Shown here piece after piece: positions 57,733-64,000 of a stretch of DNA of 64,000 nt. Made by a program: the position numbers and the translations under genes. This DNA is from Octopus bimaculoides (taxonomy: Eukaryota), in contig NC_068998.1 of NCBI RefSeq assembly GCF_001194135.2, positions 10,784,567-10,848,566 on the forward strand. Reading direction: 5' to 3'. The notes beneath the pieces are model-generated. The model saw only the letters and a program-made list of their open reading frames with translations. It ran no database searches and was not told the DNA's origin. How positions within the stretch are numbered: position 1 is the stretch's first letter; each line of letters starts with the position of its first letter.

Positions 57733-60700
57733 GCATATATAGTAAACTTTTCATGAGACAAAATAGAAACACAACTAAAGAGTTTGTTTTTAAAACAAGA
57801 CAGCCTAACACAGCTCACATCTCCACAAACTAAACGACTAGTGGAAGTGTTTTAAATTAAACGCAGCCAGCTAATGAATCATGGCAAATTATGATTTTGG
57901 CTTCCAACCATGAAAAATATTACTTAATCTTGGTAATTATTCGGAGCTATGTGATCTGAACTACAGAATGGTATTGCTCCGATTGAACAGACCTATGATC
58001 AAAAGCATTTCAAACATACTATCTTTCATTTTTTTTCTTTTGTGGTCTTATATATCAAAGTCTATATTATGCAAGGTGCAATGCTTCTTTTTTAAGATGG
58101 TAGGATGTGATTTCCATGAGATTTGGCAGTTATTTCTAGCTGGTTGAATGTTCACATAGAGGGTCTCTTCTGAAGAAAGGACGTGAACCATAAACACATA
58201 TACTAACACACACATATCTTTTACTTGTTTCAGTCATTAGACTGCAGCCATACTGAGGCAATGCCTTGAAGGACTTTTAGTCGATTAAATCGACCCAAGT
58301 ATTTATTATTTTCAAGCCTGGTACTTATTTTATCAGTCGTTTTTTTGTTTTTTTTTTGCCAAACTTCTAAGTTACACAGACATAAATACAACACCACCAG
58401 TTGTCAAGCAGTGATGGGGGCAAACACAGACACAAAGACACACACACACACACACCTTCAGTTTCTGTCTACCAAATTCATTCATAAGACTTTAGCTGAC
58501 CCAAGGCTATAGTAGAAGACCCTTGCCCAAGGTGCCATGCAGTGGGACTGAACCCAGAACCATGTGGTTGGGAAGTAAGCTTCTTAACACAAAGCCACAC
58601 CTGCGCCTGTATATGATAGCATCATCATCCTCATTCAATATCTATTTTCTCATGCTTCTATGGGTTAGACGGAATTTTCTGAGGAAGGAGGCAGATTTTC
58701 TACAGTCAAACACCCTTCCCATTACCAATGCTTACCTTTTTCCAAGCAAGGTTATATTTCCCATGGACACCATCACAAACAGAAACAACTCACAAAAATA
58801 ATTTCAAAGAGAAAAAGTAACTACTAGACAAGTGGTGAATGCTTCCAACCAACAGAAACAAGAATTTCATTGAAATGCCTCAGGAACTAACAATCAAAAA
58901 ATTCTATAGAAACAAAAAAATTAAGAAGTTTAAGAATATGAAAAAAAAAAAATCTCGATTTCAATGAAGCACCAAAACAGATTTGATACTGGCATTATTA
59001 CATTGATAGGAGGATGTCTCGATTTGAAGTCAGATCAAATTCTCTCCTCTTCCTCCTTCAACACCCAGTTTACTAGATATAAAGGCTCTGTGGGGGATTA
59101 AAAAATAAAACAAAGAGTGGAAGATAAGTGAAGGATTTATTGGATCTGGAGAGAAGACAGGCACCATCTGGTTATATATACCTAGTAAAACACACATAAG
59201 TCTAACTGAAGCAAATGATTTTGGATAGATAGGCACTAAGTAACTTCAGGGGAAAATTAAGGAAAGTGAAATCAGATCAATGAGAGATAAATGCTAACAC
59301 GAATATTTCATCTTTTGATAATACACTACATTGTTATTTTCTTTCTTTCCTTCTCTTTTTCTCGGCAAAATGCAGACTTCAGAAGATTGTTAAAATTTTA
59401 GTTAGGAAGCATAGAGATGAATATATCAGAAAAGCAGCTGGGAAAACAGCATCAATCAATACATACATACATACATACATACACACAAAAAGAGAGAATA
59501 AGACAAGGACCCAGTGTTGTGTACTCTTAACAACATAGATAAAAAAAAAATAATAAAAACTGTAGTGGAATCTCAATCTGTGTAGCAATAGAGATGTTAA
59601 GGTAAAAACTAATGGACTAGAGAAGCTAGTAAGTTATGAACTGACATGTCGAATGTCTGAAATGAGTAAAAGAACCACCATCCTCATCATTTCATGTCTG
59701 TATTCCATGCTGGAACGGACTGGATGGTTTGACAGGATCCAACAGATCCAAGGGCTATGTTGAGCCCCAATTTTATGGCTGGATGCTCTTTCTAACACTA
59801 ACCACTGTATGTACAAACATTTGTACCCACATTTGCATAGGCTCCTTATATACCAAAAGCACACATGAATTTATTTATACTGACAAATACATATACACAA
59901 ATATATACACTCACACATGCACACCATATATGTAAAAAAAATAAGGGTATTTATATAACTAAGAACATAATTAAATAAATATGTATATAAAGATTTATAA
60001 GTATAGTACAGTAATATTATAGTAATATTTTTTTTAAATAATTAAATAATATACAAAGATATTTATATAATCATCATGTCCGTGAGAAGTGAGGTCACCG
60101 TGTACATCACAAAACAAGACCCCCAACCTCTATCCCTAGCTGAAGTTGGGGGAGGAGGTTGTATTGAGAGAGAAGGCTTATGCCAGATGTTGAGAAGCAA
60201 TAGTATGTCTTGTTGTAGAGACAACACATGGCTACTCCAGCTGGAAAAGGAGAGAAACGAATGGTGGTGATAAAGTGTCAGGATGTACCTTGAAAATACA
60301 GGGTGACGGTGAAGAGGATGGAGACAGTAAAACAAGTGAATGGGATAGGGACAGCACAAACTCACACACCAATGATTTCCGTCTATAAAATTTCACTCAC
60401 AAGGAAATGGTCAGCCCAAGGCTACACGAAAAGATGCTTTCCCATGGCGCCAGACAATTGAATAAAATCCAGAAGAACATGGTTGCAAAGTAAAATACTT
60501 AACTGCATAGTTATGCCTAATTAGTTTACATCCTAATTGTATGCATTTCATCCTCCAGTTGTGTCATTATAAATTTCATGATTTGACCATATTCCTAGAA
60601 AACCACTTGTGCCATGTAAACCGAAAAAGAACCATTAAACCCCCTTTATCGTGTTTGTTATATGACCAGTTTTCTGCCACTTGACTAAGTGCTTGTTAAA

Positions 60701-61241
60701 ATTTACACAAGAAATTTGGAAAAGAAAAGGGGAGAGATACTGAAATGCAATGTTATTTGCCAGTTCGAATATGCCAGTGGCACGTTCAGACATGTCAGTG
60801 CTCCCACTCCGTAAGGTAGTGAAATTTTCCCGCATTTAATGATATCAGGAAACTGACGATAGTTGAAGAGGAGGTGGTTTTATATCCTGAGATTAAGTAG
60901 TGTTACATTGTAGTGTCTATTGTTAATTCTAAAGAGCTCTTCCACTTGACTGTAAACAGCATTTCAGTAAACTGATATGGTATGGTAATGTTATAGTGAA
61001 TCAATATGAGTGGATCACTTGAACCATTCACCATCATCAAGCCTTGGGCATTACTGTCTTGAGAAGCTAGGATTCATGGGACTGGTTCCCCAGTTTCTAC
61101 GGTAAATAAGTGACCAAGATCACAATACTCTAAAGCAGTGTTTGTTTGATGTTTATTAATCCACTTAAAATTCTTAAAATATATCATACTGCAACACGTG
61201 TACAGTATAATGCTTACAGGATGAAAATTAAATGAAGAAAA

Positions 61242-61628
61242 CTCTCTCTTTTACTTGTTTCAGTCATTTGACTGTGGCCATGCTGGAGCACCACCTTTAG
61301 TCGAGCAAATTGACCCCAGGACTTATTCTTTGGATGCCTAGTACTTATTCTATCGGTCTCTTTTGCCAAACTGCTAAGTTACGGGGACGTAAACACACCA
61401 CCATTGGTTGTCAAGCGATGTTGGGGGGACAAACACAGACACACATACATACATATATATACATATATACGACGGGCTTCTTTCAGTTTCCATCTACCAA
61501 ATCCACTCACAAGGCTTTGGTCGGCCTGAGGCTATAGTAGAAGACACTTGCCCAAGATGCCACGTTGGGGGACTGAACCCGGAACCGTGTGGTTTGTAAG
61601 CGAGCTACTTACCACACAGCCACTCCTG
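61242..61628 (-). mobile_element. SINE family B copy
   Basis: Reverse complement of 45813-46236. Confidence 0.9.
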
Positions 61629-64000
61629 ATTTTATTTAATAGATACATGTACAAATTAATACACTTGAAGACTATGTTTAATATTTGTCAACCCATAAAA
61701 ATAAAAAAAAAGAGAACAAAACTATTTTTAACATACTGCTTGTAAATTAACCAACTTCAAAAACTGGGTGTGTTTACTCAATACAGAGCACTGTATACTG
61801 CATAATATTGCAAAATATTCCCAGATCTCTGGTAATATCGGATTTCTGGAAGCCAGAAGTAGTTGTGTGTTGTATCAGTTATTAAGCTACTATTGTCTTT
61901 TATTCATTACTTTGAATATGTTGACTAACTTGATAAATTGTCTTTTATTGGCTTCCAGCTTCACACCTCCAACACATTTAACAAATCTACAATTAATTAC
62001 TCAAACTATCCCAGTTGCTAATTTATTTACCTTAGCTAATTTATTTACTTAACCTGTTTTAACATTTAAATAGATAAGCCAGGTAAAATGCTGGCTGTAT
62101 CATTTCCATTATGCTAAAAACATATCTACATTGTTAGATATGTATTCATGGCATGCTTTAAATATTGAATATTAACATTTTCTTGAGGTCATACATTTTG
62201 GGGGATGGTATGATGAATTAGATCATCCTTACCATTGCATAAGTACAGCTGAATCACAGTTTACGAATTTAGTTCATTCCTGAAAGCTGTTCACCACCTA
62301 TTTTTCCCTATAGGTAATTCAAGTAAAGGCATGACAAATTTGAACAAGGATGGACACTGACCAAAAGCTAGATGGCAACTGACTCTCCCACCAATGCACT
62401 CAGCTTATTATTAAAAATGACCTTCCAAAAAATATTATACACTCCACTGAACAACACACACAGTCATAACATATCTATATCTCTTTTTTTAATCTTTTAC
62501 TTGTTTCTGTCACTGGACTGTCGCCATACTAGGACATTGCCTTGAAAGGTTAGTCAAACAAATTGACCCCGGTGCTTATTGTTTTCTTTCTTTTTTTTTT
62601 TTTAAGTCTGGTTACAGGGACATAAACAAAACAGCACAAGTTTTGGAGTNNNNNNNNNNNNNNNNNNNNNNNNNNNNNNNNNNNNNNNNNNNNNNNNNNN
62701 NNNNNNNNNNNNNNNNNNNNNNNNNNNNNNNNNNNNNNNNNNNNNNNNNNNNNNNNNNNNNNNNNNNNNNNNNNNNNNNNNNNNNNNNNNNNNNNNNNNN
62801 NNNNNNNNNNNNNNNNNNNNNNNNNNNNNNNNNNNNNNNNNNNNNNNNNNNTATATATATATATATATGTATATGTGTGTGTGCTTGTGTGTCTGTGTTT
62901 GTCCCCCTAGCATTGCTTGACAACCGATGCTGGTGTGTTTATGTCCCCGTCACTTAGCGGTTCAGCAAAAGAGACCGATAGAATAAGTCCCGGGGTCGAT
63001 TTGCTCGACTAAAGGCGGTGCTCCAGCGGTGCTCCAGCATGGCCGCAGTCAAATGATTGAAACAAATAAAAGAGTAAAAGAGTAGTTATCAGAAATGCCA
63101 CAGACATTCCATGATAACCACCCATCACTAACATAACCGAGACTGCACGACAAATTTAGATTGATTCCTCAGGGACAGAAAATACGTCAGCTCTTAAAAG
63201 TTGCAGATTTTCACCAAAACAGAAGTGCATCTTAACGTTAAAGTTCACTCATATAGTAGTTTCGCCACCACTGCCACTACTACCACCACAACACCATCAC
63301 TGCTGTTGCTGCAAGCATACATTGGACTGAATCCAAGAATAAGCCATTTGATTGATTGACAAACCTTCACTCACCAGCACACTGTAAACATTAACACATT
63401 GGAATGTGCTCTTCCTATCGTGACTACAAAGACCGCTTCTCATCTGATCATACAAATCGTTTACTACCATCCACACCCACTACTGATTGGGTGTGGATGG
63501 TGGTGTATATGATTTGTATAATCTATTTGTCTTTCGTCTTCCTCCACTTCTCATTATCCCTGTTATGTCTCAACAGTCATTTCTGAAACCTTCCTCAGAA
63601 GTAAATCGCTTCCTTTCTTTTTTTCTTTCCCATCCTCACAGACATTAACACTGACAAGCAGAAGTAGCCACACTTCAGCTGTTCAATGGGAAAGCCTTGC
63701 TCCTATTTCTCACCACTAAATACCGCCAAAAATAAAAACATCTTATAAATAAACAGAAAGAATGCAGTTAATTCTAATGACTCCAGTACTTATTTCATTG
63801 ACCCCAAAATGATGAAAGATGAACTTAATAATAAAGGGATAATAAAGGGATACAACAAAATATGGCAAAGTATTTAAAATCTAACATAGTGATACTAATA
63901 ATGTTTGTTTTTAATATAGGCAAAAAGCCTGAACTTTTGGAGAGAGTGTTAGCTGAAATTACCAATCCCAGTACTAAGCAGCTACTTTATGAAACCTTGT

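Noticed and set aside
62229-62285. Strong minus-strand donor GTAAGG as the end of ADAM10 exon 1
   Set aside because: The nearby ATG is followed by TAA and the phase 1 frame has a stop; exon 1 probably lies in a gap or beyond the window

Overview
AT-rich, repeat-dense eukaryotic genomic DNA with many N gaps. The SINE families, (TA)n/(TG)n/(AAT)n/(GAT)n microsatellites and intron sizes suggest an Octopus-like cephalopod (inference). Two spliced protein-coding genes lie on the minus strand. (1) DCAKD, a dephospho-CoA kinase domain protein: 3 coding exons were found (12420-12531, 6779-6866, 3988-4273); the expected second exon is not visible. (2) ADAM10/kuzbanian: 17 coding exons were hand-assembled between 50578 and 26703 with consistent phases; the signal-peptide exon was not found. 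One ADAM10 intron is a U12-type AT-AC intron (33326-34557). Between the genes sits a small-RNA cluster: two convergent U1 snRNA genes with conserved flanks, and between them an unidentified ~204-nt highly structured RNA candidate (16742-16945). A tRNA-headed SINE-like element carrying a minimal type I hammerhead ribozyme (6239-6545) and two further hammerhead-like motifs are present. Remnants of Helitron, Gypsy, MULE, mariner, Tc1 and Tx1/L1 elements, piggyBac-like and Tc1-like MITEs, several long inverted repeats and a 24-bp minisatellite fill the rest. All translations and pairings were read by eye; nothing was searched against databases.
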